Shown here: positions 8,793 to 18,373 of the stretch, piece by piece
How positions within the stretch are numbered: position 1 is the stretch's first letter
How the letters are laid out: each line of letters starts with the position of its first letter
Origin: Bacilli bacterium
GTDB taxonomy: Bacteria; Bacillota_I; Bacilli_A; RF39; UBA660
Direction: 5' to 3'
DNA length: 63,232 bases
Assembly (NCBI GenBank): GCA_017515795.1
Contig: JAFWEE010000002.1
Span: 1 to 63,232 of the forward strand
The notes under the pieces: generated by a model
Database searches by the model: none
What the model was told of the DNA's origin: nothing
What the model saw: the letters and a program-made list of their open reading frames with translations, nothing else
Position numbers and translations under genes: made by a program

Positions 8793-10169
8793 ATGGGAAA
8801 AAGAAGAAAGAGAATTAGAATTGATCGTATTCTTATTTGTTTAGTTTTTTTAGTCGCGCTTATTTTTCTTATTAGATTTATTATATACATTATATTTGGA
8901 TTTAAAGTTTTAGGAGAAGCCAAAAAAGGAAATACTATTAAGCTTTATCATGATAATGCTAATGTGTGGAAAAAGACTGTTAAATATATTAATGAGAATA
9001 TGGATGAAGTAAATATTAAATATAAGAATTATACTATTACTATGGATTCATCATATTTTAAAAGAAATATGAATATTAAACCAGATATTACTACTAAGAA
9101 GATTAACAGTGGTGAATTTTATAAACAAAAAGGTATATATATAGACAATAATAATATTATGTCTATAGCTACTAGTATTAAGTTTAAATTACCACATTAT
9201 ATATATAAGAATGGTTATGTAGATTTATATGGTATTACAGATGATGGAACTTATGTACTTTTAGAGTCTAGAAAGAAAGTAGATAAGTATTATACTTTAA
9301 ATGTATATGATAATTATAAAGATTATTTTGTTACATATGTTAAATTAGATAGTATTAAGACTACTCAAAGTTATACTTTAGAAGAAGGAGAAACTAAAGA
9401 AATAAAACTTGAGTTTAATCCATCAAATGCTACTAATAAGAAGGTTGTTTATACTGGATATGATAAAGACATCATATCTATAGAAAACGGTCTAATAAAG
9501 GCCTTAAAAGCAGGTAAAACTACTATTAAAATAAAAGGTGATGATATGTCTATTGCTAAAGTTAAAATAGTAGTTAATAAAAAGAAAGAAGAACCTAAAA
9601 AGACTGAGAAAATAGAGGTTAAATCAAAAGTAACTAAGGGTGAAGATGGAATCTATTATATAGATGGAATAATGATTGTTAATAAATCATATCCATTACC
9701 AGAAACTTATGATCCAGGTAAATTACTTCCAGAATTTATGAATGCATATAATGAAATGCTCGCAGATGCTACTAGTGATGGAATTAAGTTATGGATTCAA
9801 TCAGGATATAGATCTTATGATTATCAAGTAGGTTTATATGATATGTATGTTAAACAAGATGGTAGAGCTAAAGCAGATACATATTCTGCAAGACCAGGTT
9901 ATTCAGAACATCAATCAGGTTTAGCTGCAGATATTAATAATCCATCTAGTTCATTTAATGGTACTAAAGAAGCTAAATGGTTAAAAGAAAACTGCTATAA
10001 ATATGGATTTATTATTAGATTCCCAGAAGGTGAAGAAGAATATACTGGATATAAATATGAATCATGGCATATAAGATATGTAGGTAAAGTAATATCAAAT
10101 AAAATCCATGAAGCTGGAGATATATCTTTAGAACATTATTATGATATAGAAAGTAAATATTCTAATTAA
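8793..10169 (+). CDS. Membrane-anchored M15B (VanY/LdcB-like) peptidoglycan carboxypeptidase with Ig-like (Big_2) domain
   Basis: SGYRSY, ARPGYSEHQSGLAADI, ESWHIRYVG; PSNATNKKV Big_2 motif; upstream TGTTATAAT at 8760-8768 argues for start at 8793. Confidence 0.88.
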   Translation: MGKRRKRIRIDRILICLVFLVALIFLIRFIIYIIFGFKVLGEAKKGNTIKLYHDNANVWKKTVKYINENMDEVNIKYKNYTITMDSSYFKRNMNIKPDITTKKINSGEFYKQKGIYIDNNNIMSIATSIKFKLPHYIYKNGYVDLYGITDDGTYVLLESRKKVDKYYTLNVYDNYKDYFVTYVKLDSIKTTQSYTLEEGETKEIKLEFNPSNATNKKVVYTGYDKDIISIENGLIKALKAGKTTIKIKGDDMSIAKVKIVVNKKKEEPKKTEKIEVKSKVTKGEDGIYYIDGIMIVNKSYPLPETYDPGKLLPEFMNAYNEMLADATSDGIKLWIQSGYRSYDYQVGLYDMYVKQDGRAKADTYSARPGYSEHQSGLAADINNPSSSFNGTKEAKWLKENCYKYGFIIRFPEGEEEYTGYKYESWHIRYVGKVISNKIHEAGDISLEHYYDIESKYSN

Positions 10170-10247
10170 TGTAAACTCTTGTCAAAAAGAAAATCATTAA
10201 ATTGATTTTCTTTTTTTTACATTTTACAATTAAAATAGGTGATAGAA

Positions 10248-10454
10248 ATGAATATATTAAATATTGTTCCAATTGTAGAATTATTAATCTTTTTAACAGT
10301 ATTAATATGTATTGTTTTATTAATTAAAATGTTAATTAATAGGAAAAAAATGGTTAAATTAGATGAAGAACTATCACATATAAGAAATATAAATAATATT
10401 ATTAAAGATGAAAAATATATAGAAATGACTTTACCATTTAGTCCATTTATTTAA
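10248..10454 (+). CDS. Small single-pass membrane protein
   Basis: AGGTGA RBS before ATG 10248, hydrophobic N-terminus, own terminator. Confidence 0.5.
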   Translation: MNILNIVPIVELLIFLTVLICIVLLIKMLINRKKMVKLDEELSHIRNINNIIKDEKYIEMTLPFSPFI

Positions 10455-10514
10455 AAGTAATTGTTGTAGTTACTTTTTTTTATGTTATAATCTTATTATA
10501 GAGGTGAATAAACA

Positions 10515-11507
10515 ATGTATATACTTGCTAAATCAGTATTAGCATTAACAGCTGGATTCTTAGTAGCTATTGTTTTAGGAGCAGTTATAGTTCCATTTTT
10601 AAGAAAAAAGAAAATGGGTCAAGTAACTAGTAAATTTGTAGAAGAACATGCATCTAAAGCAGGAACACCAGTTATGGGAGGTATTATTTTTATATTATCT
10701 ACTCTTATGGTTCTAGCTTTATTAGTAGTTCTAAAAAAGATAGATTATACATCTAATTTAACTATAGTATTATTTGTATTTTTATCTTATGCTTTATTGG
10801 GTTTTATAGATGATTATAGAATTATTAAATATAAATCTAATGAAAAAGGATTAACTAGACTTCAAAAGTTTATAGGACAAGTAATTATTGCAATAGGATT
10901 CTTCTTATTATATATAAGAAATGGAATGGATCCTACCATAGAAATATATTTATTCCATATTAAATTAAATCTTGGAATGTTCTATGTAGTATTTATATTA
11001 TTTATGTTAGTAGGTTCATCAAATGCTGTTAATTTAACAGATGGATTAGATGGTCTTGCTGGAGGATTATGTGTTATAGCATTTATAGTATATGGTATGA
11101 TTGCATGGAATACAGGATGGATTCAAGGTTATGATAATTTAGCATTATTCTGTTTTATATTAGTAGGAGGTCTTTTAGGATTCTTAGTATTTAATGGATA
11201 TCCCGCTAAAGTATTTATGGGTGATACAGGTGCTTTATCACTTGGAGCAACACTTGCTACTATAGCAATACTTACTCATAGAGAATTATCTTTAGTAATA
11301 GTAGGTGGAGTATTTATTATAGAAACATTATCTGTTATAATACAAATAGCATCTGTTAAATTAAGAGGTAAAAGAGTATTTCCAAAGACTCCAATACATC
11401 ATTCATTCCAAATAAAAGGATGGCAAGAACCAAATATAGTAAAAGCATTTTATGTAGCTGGATTCCTTCTTGGAATAGTTGGTATATTATATGGAGTATG
11501 GTTTTAA
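10515..11507 (+). CDS. mraY: Phospho-N-acetylmuramoyl-pentapeptide transferase
   Basis: KAGTPVMGG, GFIDDY, NAVNLTDGLDGL, FMGDTG, PIHHSF. Confidence 0.97.
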   Translation: MYILAKSVLALTAGFLVAIVLGAVIVPFLRKKKMGQVTSKFVEEHASKAGTPVMGGIIFILSTLMVLALLVVLKKIDYTSNLTIVLFVFLSYALLGFIDDYRIIKYKSNEKGLTRLQKFIGQVIIAIGFFLLYIRNGMDPTIEIYLFHIKLNLGMFYVVFILFMLVGSSNAVNLTDGLDGLAGGLCVIAFIVYGMIAWNTGWIQGYDNLALFCFILVGGLLGFLVFNGYPAKVFMGDTGALSLGATLATIAILTHRELSLVIVGGVFIIETLSVIIQIASVKLRGKRVFPKTPIHHSFQIKGWQEPNIVKAFYVAGFLLGIVGILYGVWF

Positions 11508-11522
11508 TAAAGGAGAACTAAA

Positions 11523-12293
11523 ATGAAAAAAGAAGAAAAAAAGAAAATTCAAAAAGAAGTTAAAGAAGAAGTAAAAGAAAAATTAACTGATATCAAAGAG
11601 GATGTAAAAGAAGATTTTACTCAAGAAAAAATGTCTAAAAAAGAAATAAAAGCTAAAGCTGAAGCAGGTATGACATTAGATGAAATTAAAAAAGAAAATA
11701 AAAGAATTAAAAGAAGAAGTTCTACTAATAGATTCTTTGCTACTTTCTTCTTATTAATACTATTCTATATATTTGGTGTTGTATCTGGAGTATATGTAGC
11801 AGATAAATATAATGTTACTTTATTTGTTAAAGAAGAAAAGAAAGAAAATAAAGTTAATCCTGCTAATGAAGAATGTACTATTATTAATTGTGAAAAAATT
11901 ACATTCTCAGGAGTATATACAGGAAATGTTAATGATAAAGATGATGGTACAGGAAGCATGTTATCAGTATCTTTAGATTTAGATGAAAATGGATATGCTT
12001 CACTTACATCTACTTTAAACGGTGAGGTAGTAGAAGTTAGTAGTGGTACTTATGATGTTAAAGATAATAAATTAACTTATTCAAGAGTATATGCTAAAGG
12101 TGGAAATGATCAAAAGAATAATACATATTTCATTAAGATAGGTGCTTCATCAAATGGCTCATATAGATATAGTGATTTATTTGATAATAGTAGAACAGAA
12201 GAAACATTTGTTATTAATGAAAATGGATTTACATTAAATAATTATGCTAAAGCAATATTATCTGTTGATAAATTTATAGAATTAAGTAAATAA
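11523..12293 (+). CDS. Hypothetical single-pass membrane protein
   Basis: Charged N-terminus, one TM helix, beta-rich C-terminal domain; AAGGAG RBS. Confidence 0.6.
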   Translation: MKKEEKKKIQKEVKEEVKEKLTDIKEDVKEDFTQEKMSKKEIKAKAEAGMTLDEIKKENKRIKRRSSTNRFFATFFLLILFYIFGVVSGVYVADKYNVTLFVKEEKKENKVNPANEECTIINCEKITFSGVYTGNVNDKDDGTGSMLSVSLDLDENGYASLTSTLNGEVVEVSSGTYDVKDNKLTYSRVYAKGGNDQKNNTYFIKIGASSNGSYRYSDLFDNSRTEETFVINENGFTLNNYAKAILSVDKFIELSK

Positions 12294-12387
12294 TCTGGTT
12301 ATACCAGATTTTTTATTTACTTTTTTATTTTATTTTGATATAATTTATCTATGATAGAGGGGTACCCAGAAAGAAGGATAAGAAGGT

Positions 12388-13650
12388 ATGAAAAAATTTA
12401 AAACGTATATATTTATATTGTTATTAGCTTTAATATTAATACCATTTAAAGTATTTGCAGAGGATGCAAAACCTGCAACATTTACTTTAAATTCATCTGG
12501 AACAGTTAAAATAGGTCAAACATTTGATGTTACATTATCTTATACTGAAGATTCCACAGGTGTTAACACAATGAGTTCGTGTAATCTTACTATTTCATAT
12601 GATAGTAATGTACTTGAGTATGTAAGTACAAGTATTAAAAATGCTTCAGTCAGTAATGGATCTATAGGTGTTAGTAACACAGGTTCAGTAACTTTTAAAG
12701 TAAAAAGTATTCCATCTTCAAAATCAGCTTTAATTGGTTTAGAAGGTACTGCAGTAATTAGTGGTGAAGAGGAAACATGTTCAAATAATGGGCAAAGATG
12801 TAAAGTTTCATCTACATCAGTTAAAATTGCTGAATTAGGAACTGATTCAAAACTTAGTGGATTATCTATTCCAAATACTACATTAAGTCCTGCATTTAAT
12901 AAAAATACATATGATTATACAGCAGATTTAAAAGATGTAACATCTGTAGAAGTTAAAGCAACTGCTAGTGATCCAAATGCTAAAGTACAAATAAGTGATA
13001 ATTATAAGAATCTTCAAAAAGGAGAAAATACTATTAGTATAGTAGTAACTGCTGAAAATGGTAAAAATAAATCAACATATAAAATAAAAGTTAATCTTGA
13101 ACTTACTCCAACAGAAGAAGAATTAAAATTAGCTGATGCTTCACTTACTTCTTTAGAAATAAAAGATCAAAAAATAGAATTTAATCCAGAAGAAGTTAAA
13201 TATTATTTAGAAGTTCCATATAATATCACTAGTTTAGAAATAACTCCAAAGACTACTAATGAAAATGCTACTTTTGAAATATCTGGTAATGATAAATTTA
13301 TAGTAGGTAAGAATACTGTTAATATTAAAGTAACAGCAGAAGATGGAACTACTACTAAAACATATTCAATTATAGTAACTAGACTTCAACAAAATAAAAA
13401 AATAGTTCAAACTTGTCCAGATACAACAAGTTTAAAAGAATGGATAATATTCTCAGTAGGATTACTACTAACATTTACTCTTGGTATTTTCCTTGGCTAT
13501 GTACTTTGTAAAAAAGGTATTATTCAAAAAATATTTAAGAAAAAAGAAAAGCAAGAAGAAGCAGTAGAACTACAAACTTTATCTGATACAATTGACTTAA
13601 GTGATGTTGTAGAAGAGATAAAAGATGATGAAGATGTAAAAAAAGCTTAA
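12388..13650 (+). CDS. Surface protein: signal peptide, cohesin-like domain, two cadherin-like beta-sandwich domains, C-terminal TM
   Basis: VFA|E cleavage site; ISYDSNVLEY; two units L..L.I...F....Y...VTAE(N/D)G...TY.I.V. Confidence 0.75.
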   Translation: MKKFKTYIFILLLALILIPFKVFAEDAKPATFTLNSSGTVKIGQTFDVTLSYTEDSTGVNTMSSCNLTISYDSNVLEYVSTSIKNASVSNGSIGVSNTGSVTFKVKSIPSSKSALIGLEGTAVISGEEETCSNNGQRCKVSSTSVKIAELGTDSKLSGLSIPNTTLSPAFNKNTYDYTADLKDVTSVEVKATASDPNAKVQISDNYKNLQKGENTISIVVTAENGKNKSTYKIKVNLELTPTEEELKLADASLTSLEIKDQKIEFNPEEVKYYLEVPYNITSLEITPKTTNENATFEISGNDKFIVGKNTVNIKVTAEDGTTTKTYSIIVTRLQQNKKIVQTCPDTTSLKEWIIFSVGLLLTFTLGIFLGYVLCKKGIIQKIFKKKEKQEEAVELQTLSDTIDLSDVVEEIKDDEDVKKA

Positions 13651-13727
13651 AAAATTAAGCTTTTTTTCTATTTTTAGGGGAATTTCCTCTTTTTTTGTCG
13701 AATAATATAGTTGTCGGGAGTTTTTTT

Positions 13728-15461
13728 ATGAATAAAATAACATTTGAAGAAGTACTTAGTATTCAAAGAAAAGTAAATATTGTAGATGTTATTAAGAATT
13801 ATATTTCACTTACTCCAAGAGGAAAGAATTATTTTGGAGTGTGTCCATTTCATGATGACCATAATCCATCAATGAGTGTATCTGAAGAAAAGCAAATGTA
13901 TAAATGTTTTGTATGTGGTGCATCTGGTAATGTATTTAACTTTGTTAAAGAATATGAAAAGATACCGTATTATGCAGCAGTAAAAAAAATAGCAGATCAA
14001 ATAGGCGTTAATTTTGAATATCATGAAAAGAAAGAATTTATAGATGAATCACTTAAGAAGATGTATGACATATATGATTATGCATCTAAGTATTATCAAA
14101 ATAATTTAAATACTAATTTAGGTAAAGAAGCTAAAGAGTATTTAAGTAAAAGATCTATAGATGAAGATATAATTAATACATTTGGAATTGGACTTTCTTT
14201 TGATGATGATAAATTATCTAATCTATTATTAAAAAAATACATAGAAAATGATTTAGTAGATTCAGGTATAAGCATAAGAAGTACTAATAAAGTTTATGAT
14301 ATTTTTAAAAATAGAATTATGTTTCCTTTATGGGATATAAATGGTAAAGTAGTAGGATTCTCAGGAAGAATATATAATAATACTTCTGAAAGTAAATATA
14401 TTAACTCTAAAGAATCTAAGATATTTAAAAAAGGATCTTTATTATATAACTATCATAATGCAAGGGAATATGCTATTAAAGAAGATAATATTATAATAGT
14501 TGAAGGATTTATGGATGTAATAAGATTATATTCTATAGGTATAAAGAATGTAGTAGCTACTATGGGAACTGCAATAACTAAAGAACATGTATCTCTAATC
14601 AAAAGACTTAGTAATAATGTAACTCTATTATTTGATGGAGATTCAGCTGGTGAAAAAGCTACTAATGCATGTATAACTATGATGAAAGATTCTAATTTAA
14701 ATATAAAAGTAGTTAGATTAGAAGAAGACCTAGATCCAGATGATTATATACTAAAAAAAGGTAAAGATAAGATGCTTAGTCATTTATCACATGCTAAATC
14801 ATTAATAGACTATAAGAGTGATATATATAAATCTAAATTAAACTTTAATGATAGTAATGATTTATCAAAGTATTTATCACTTGTTAAAGAAGATTTAGAA
14901 AAGATGAATGATGATACTGCAAGAATGATTGAAATAGATAAAATATCTAAAGAAACTGGTATTAATAAAGATATTATTATGTCTACGATTAAAGTAGAGA
15001 AAAAAGATATACCTAAACCAGTAGAAATTAAAAAAGAAATAAAATTAAATAAGTATGAAAAGGCTTCTGAATATATATTATTTCATATGGTTAAGAATAG
15101 TAATGTAATACAGTATTACTTTAATAATCTAAGTTATTTACCAAATGAAATAGATAGAGAATTAGCATCTAAAATAGTTTTATATTATAAGAAATATAAG
15201 AACTTTAATTTATCAGATTTCATTAGTTATTTAGAAGATAACAATGAACTAATAAAAAGAGTTTTATATATAGATGAATTAAAATATAGTGAAAATTATA
15301 CTTTAGAAGAAATAGATGCATATTTTAATGCTATTAGAGAATATATTAAAAAAGAAGAAATAAGAAAATTACAAAAACAAATGAAAGAAGAAACTAATGA
15401 AGTTGTTAAAAGAGAATTAGCTTCTAGAATTATAGAATTGAAAGTAAAGGGAGAAGAGTAA
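13728..15461 (+). CDS. dnaG: DNA primase
   Basis: CPFHDD..CFVC zinc finger, RIMFP, KYINS, VEGFMDV, FDGDSAG; ATG 13728 follows GGGAG. Confidence 0.97.
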   Translation: MNKITFEEVLSIQRKVNIVDVIKNYISLTPRGKNYFGVCPFHDDHNPSMSVSEEKQMYKCFVCGASGNVFNFVKEYEKIPYYAAVKKIADQIGVNFEYHEKKEFIDESLKKMYDIYDYASKYYQNNLNTNLGKEAKEYLSKRSIDEDIINTFGIGLSFDDDKLSNLLLKKYIENDLVDSGISIRSTNKVYDIFKNRIMFPLWDINGKVVGFSGRIYNNTSESKYINSKESKIFKKGSLLYNYHNAREYAIKEDNIIIVEGFMDVIRLYSIGIKNVVATMGTAITKEHVSLIKRLSNNVTLLFDGDSAGEKATNACITMMKDSNLNIKVVRLEEDLDPDDYILKKGKDKMLSHLSHAKSLIDYKSDIYKSKLNFNDSNDLSKYLSLVKEDLEKMNDDTARMIEIDKISKETGINKDIIMSTIKVEKKDIPKPVEIKKEIKLNKYEKASEYILFHMVKNSNVIQYYFNNLSYLPNEIDRELASKIVLYYKKYKNFNLSDFISYLEDNNELIKRVLYIDELKYSENYTLEEIDAYFNAIREYIKKEEIRKLQKQMKEETNEVVKRELASRIIELKVKGEE

Positions 15462-16765
15462 TGGGAGAAATATTAGAAAAAGAAAAGAAAAATTTACTTA
15501 AAATAAATAAGAAAAAGGGATATATAACCGCAGATGATTTAAATAAAATATTTGAAAATGAAGATATATCTGCTGAAGAAATAGATAATATTTATCAATT
15601 CATATCTGATAATAATATAGATATAGTAGAAGAAGAAATGGATGAACCAAAGATGCCTAAGGGTAAGAAAAAGGTTGATGAATATCATGAAATAAAGACT
15701 TTAGAAGATAGAAAGAAAGACTTATTAGAACTAGGTACATCTGTAGGATATTTAACATTTGAACAATTAGCTACAGCTTTAAAAGGCTTAGAAATGGATG
15801 CTGAAAGCTTAGATGATTTATATAATTTCTTAAGAGACAATAATATTGAAGTTATTGAAGAAGGAGAAGAAGATGAAGATCCTGAAGGTGGAGATTCATT
15901 ATCACTTGATGAAGATGATCTACCTAAGAACTTAAATATTAATGACCCAGTTAGAATGTATCTTAAAGAAATAGGTAAGATTTCACTTCTTTCATTAGAT
16001 GAAGAATTAGAATTATCTAAGAGAATAGAAGAAGGAGATGAAGAAGCTAAAAAAAGACTTGCTGAATCAAACCTTCGTCTAGTTGTATCTATTGCTAAAA
16101 GATATGTAGGAAGAAACTTATCATTCCTTGATTTAATTCAAGAAGGTAATATAGGTTTAATGAAGGCTGTTGATAAGTTTGATTCATCAAAAGGATATAA
16201 ATTTTCAACATATGCTACTTGGTGGATTAGACAAGCAATAACAAGAGCTATTGCTGACCAAGCTAAAACTATCAGGGTACCAGTTCATATGGTTGAAACT
16301 ATTAATAAATTAAAGAAAGTTCAAAGACAATTAACTCTAGAACTTAATAGAGAACCAACTGAAAAAGAATTAGCTCAAAAATTACATATAACTGAAGATA
16401 AAGTTAGAGAAATAATTCAAATCTCATTAGATCCTCTTTCACTTGAAACTCCAATAGGTGAAGAAGAGGATTCTCATTTAGGAGATTTTGTATCTGATAA
16501 GAATAATCTAACACCTGAAGAATATGCTATTAATGAAGTATTAAAAGATGAAATCCAAGAAGTACTTCTTACTCTTACAGAAAGAGAAGAACAAGTACTT
16601 AAACTTAGATTTGGTTTAATTGATGGAACTTGTAGAACTCTAGAAGAAGTAGGTACTATCTTTGGAGTAACAAGAGAAAGAATTAGACAAATAGAAGCTA
16701 AAGCTTTAAGAAAACTTAGACACCCATCTAGAAGTAAAAAGCTTAAGGATTATTTAGTAGACTAA
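15461..16765 (+). CDS. rpoD: Primary sigma factor SigA with duplicated region 1.1
   Basis: [48 protein letters not shown]. Confidence 0.98.
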   Translation: MGEILEKEKKNLLKINKKKGYITADDLNKIFENEDISAEEIDNIYQFISDNNIDIVEEEMDEPKMPKGKKKVDEYHEIKTLEDRKKDLLELGTSVGYLTFEQLATALKGLEMDAESLDDLYNFLRDNNIEVIEEGEEDEDPEGGDSLSLDEDDLPKNLNINDPVRMYLKEIGKISLLSLDEELELSKRIEEGDEEAKKRLAESNLRLVVSIAKRYVGRNLSFLDLIQEGNIGLMKAVDKFDSSKGYKFSTYATWWIRQAITRAIADQAKTIRVPVHMVETINKLKKVQRQLTLELNREPTEKELAQKLHITEDKVREIIQISLDPLSLETPIGEEEDSHLGDFVSDKNNLTPEEYAINEVLKDEIQEVLLTLTEREEQVLKLRFGLIDGTCRTLEEVGTIFGVTRERIRQIEAKALRKLRHPSRSKKLKDYLVD

Positions 16766-16766
16766 T

Positions 16767-17435
16767 ATGAAGTTATCAAATAGATTAAGTGCAATAACGG
16801 AGTACGTCGCCCCGGAGGACAAAATAATTGATATTGGGTGTGATCATGCCCTCTTAGATGTATATATTGCAAAAGAATTAGGTAAAAGATTAATTGCTTC
16901 TGATATACATGAAGGAGCTGTTAATAACGCTGCTAAAAATATAGAAAAGTATGATGCATTATCTATGATAGATTTAAGATTAGGTAATGGTTTAAATATT
17001 GTAAATCCTGAAGAAATAAATACTATTATTATTGCAGGTATGGGATTTCATACTATTAAAGATATACTTTCTAATAGTGAGAAAATAACTAATGTTAATA
17101 AAATAATAGTTCAATCTAATACAGATATTATTAAATTAAGAAAATTTGTTATTAGTTTAGGATTTATGATAAATAGAGAACAGTTAGTAAAAGATGGAGA
17201 TATTATATATACTGTAATAGAATTTCTAAAAGGTGAAGAAAAATATACTTATGAAGAAATATATTTTGGACCTAAAATATTAGAGAATAAAGATGAATTA
17301 TTTAAAGAATATTATTCTAAAAAACTTCTTAAATATGAAAATTTATTATTACAACTTCCATCTCATGAACTAAGAAGTATGCTTCATCATAAAAAATTAA
17401 TTAAAATAATTAAAAAAGAATTAGACATTGAATAA
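16767..17435 (+). CDS. trmK: tRNA (adenine22-N1)-methyltransferase
   Basis: LSNRL, DIGCDHALL, RLGNGL, IAGMG; dnaG-sigA-trmK synteny. Confidence 0.9.
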   Translation: MKLSNRLSAITEYVAPEDKIIDIGCDHALLDVYIAKELGKRLIASDIHEGAVNNAAKNIEKYDALSMIDLRLGNGLNIVNPEEINTIIIAGMGFHTIKDILSNSEKITNVNKIIVQSNTDIIKLRKFVISLGFMINREQLVKDGDIIYTVIEFLKGEEKYTYEEIYFGPKILENKDELFKEYYSKKLLKYENLLLQLPSHELRSMLHHKKLIKIIKKELDIE

Positions 17436-17501
17436 TGTCTTTTTTTTGTAAATAAATATTCTTTAAATAATATATAAATGATATAATTTAGATAATAGGA
17501 G

Positions 17502-18320
17502 ATGAGGGGTATGATAGTAGTATACATAAGCATATTATTTATACTTGGTTTATTATGTGGTAATTTGTATACTAAAATAGGAATTACCCTAGGAAAGAAA
17601 GAATCTATATCACAAGTTAATTTTGGGTGTGATTTTTGCCATCATGGATTAAGGTTCTCTGAGAAATTATATATATTTAGATATTTATTTAATAAAGGTA
17701 GATGTTCTTATTGTAATGAAAAGATATATACTAGTAGTGTATTCTTTGAGTTATTAACAGGGTTTCTTTTTTCATTATCTTATTACGTAAATAGAAATAG
17801 TGAAACTATTATACTTAGTACACTACTATATATATTAGTGTTTTCTATATTAGTAATTATAATGGTTAGTGATTATCATCATATGATAATACCTGATACT
17901 ATGCTTATAGTATTAGCATTTATTATAATTGTGTTTAAACTATTAATAGGCTTTTATTCAGAAGAAATAACATCTATAATGGATGCAGGATATATGATTA
18001 TATTTATGCTTTTAGAAGGCTTAATAATGTTTATAATTATGTTTATACTTCAAAAGATAGGTAATCTTATATTTAAGTCTAATTCTCTAGGTTTTGGAGA
18101 TGTTAAATTAATGGGAGTCCTAGCATTAATCCTAGGTTATAAGATGGCCTTAGTATGTTTGTTTATATCATGTTTTATGGCACTTCCTATAGCTATATAT
18201 AATCTTCAAAAGAAAGATAAGAAACTTTTACCGTTTGGTCCTTATTTAGCTTTTGGAACTATACTTATATTATTATTAAATATAAATATAGATATAATAA
18301 TAGATTTTATAAAAAGATAA
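17502..18320 (+). CDS. Type IV prepilin peptidase (A24, ComC/PilD-like)
   Basis: CDFC..CSYC, SDY..IIPD, GFGDVKL, LPFGPYL. Confidence 0.85.
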   Translation: MRGMIVVYISILFILGLLCGNLYTKIGITLGKKESISQVNFGCDFCHHGLRFSEKLYIFRYLFNKGRCSYCNEKIYTSSVFFELLTGFLFSLSYYVNRNSETIILSTLLYILVFSILVIIMVSDYHHMIIPDTMLIVLAFIIIVFKLLIGFYSEEITSIMDAGYMIIFMLLEGLIMFIIMFILQKIGNLIFKSNSLGFGDVKLMGVLALILGYKMALVCLFISCFMALPIAIYNLQKKDKKLLPFGPYLAFGTILILLLNINIDIIIDFIKR

Positions 18321-18373
18321 GCATTAACAAAATGCTTTTTTTTATGCTATAATAAATTTTAAGGTGAATAGGT

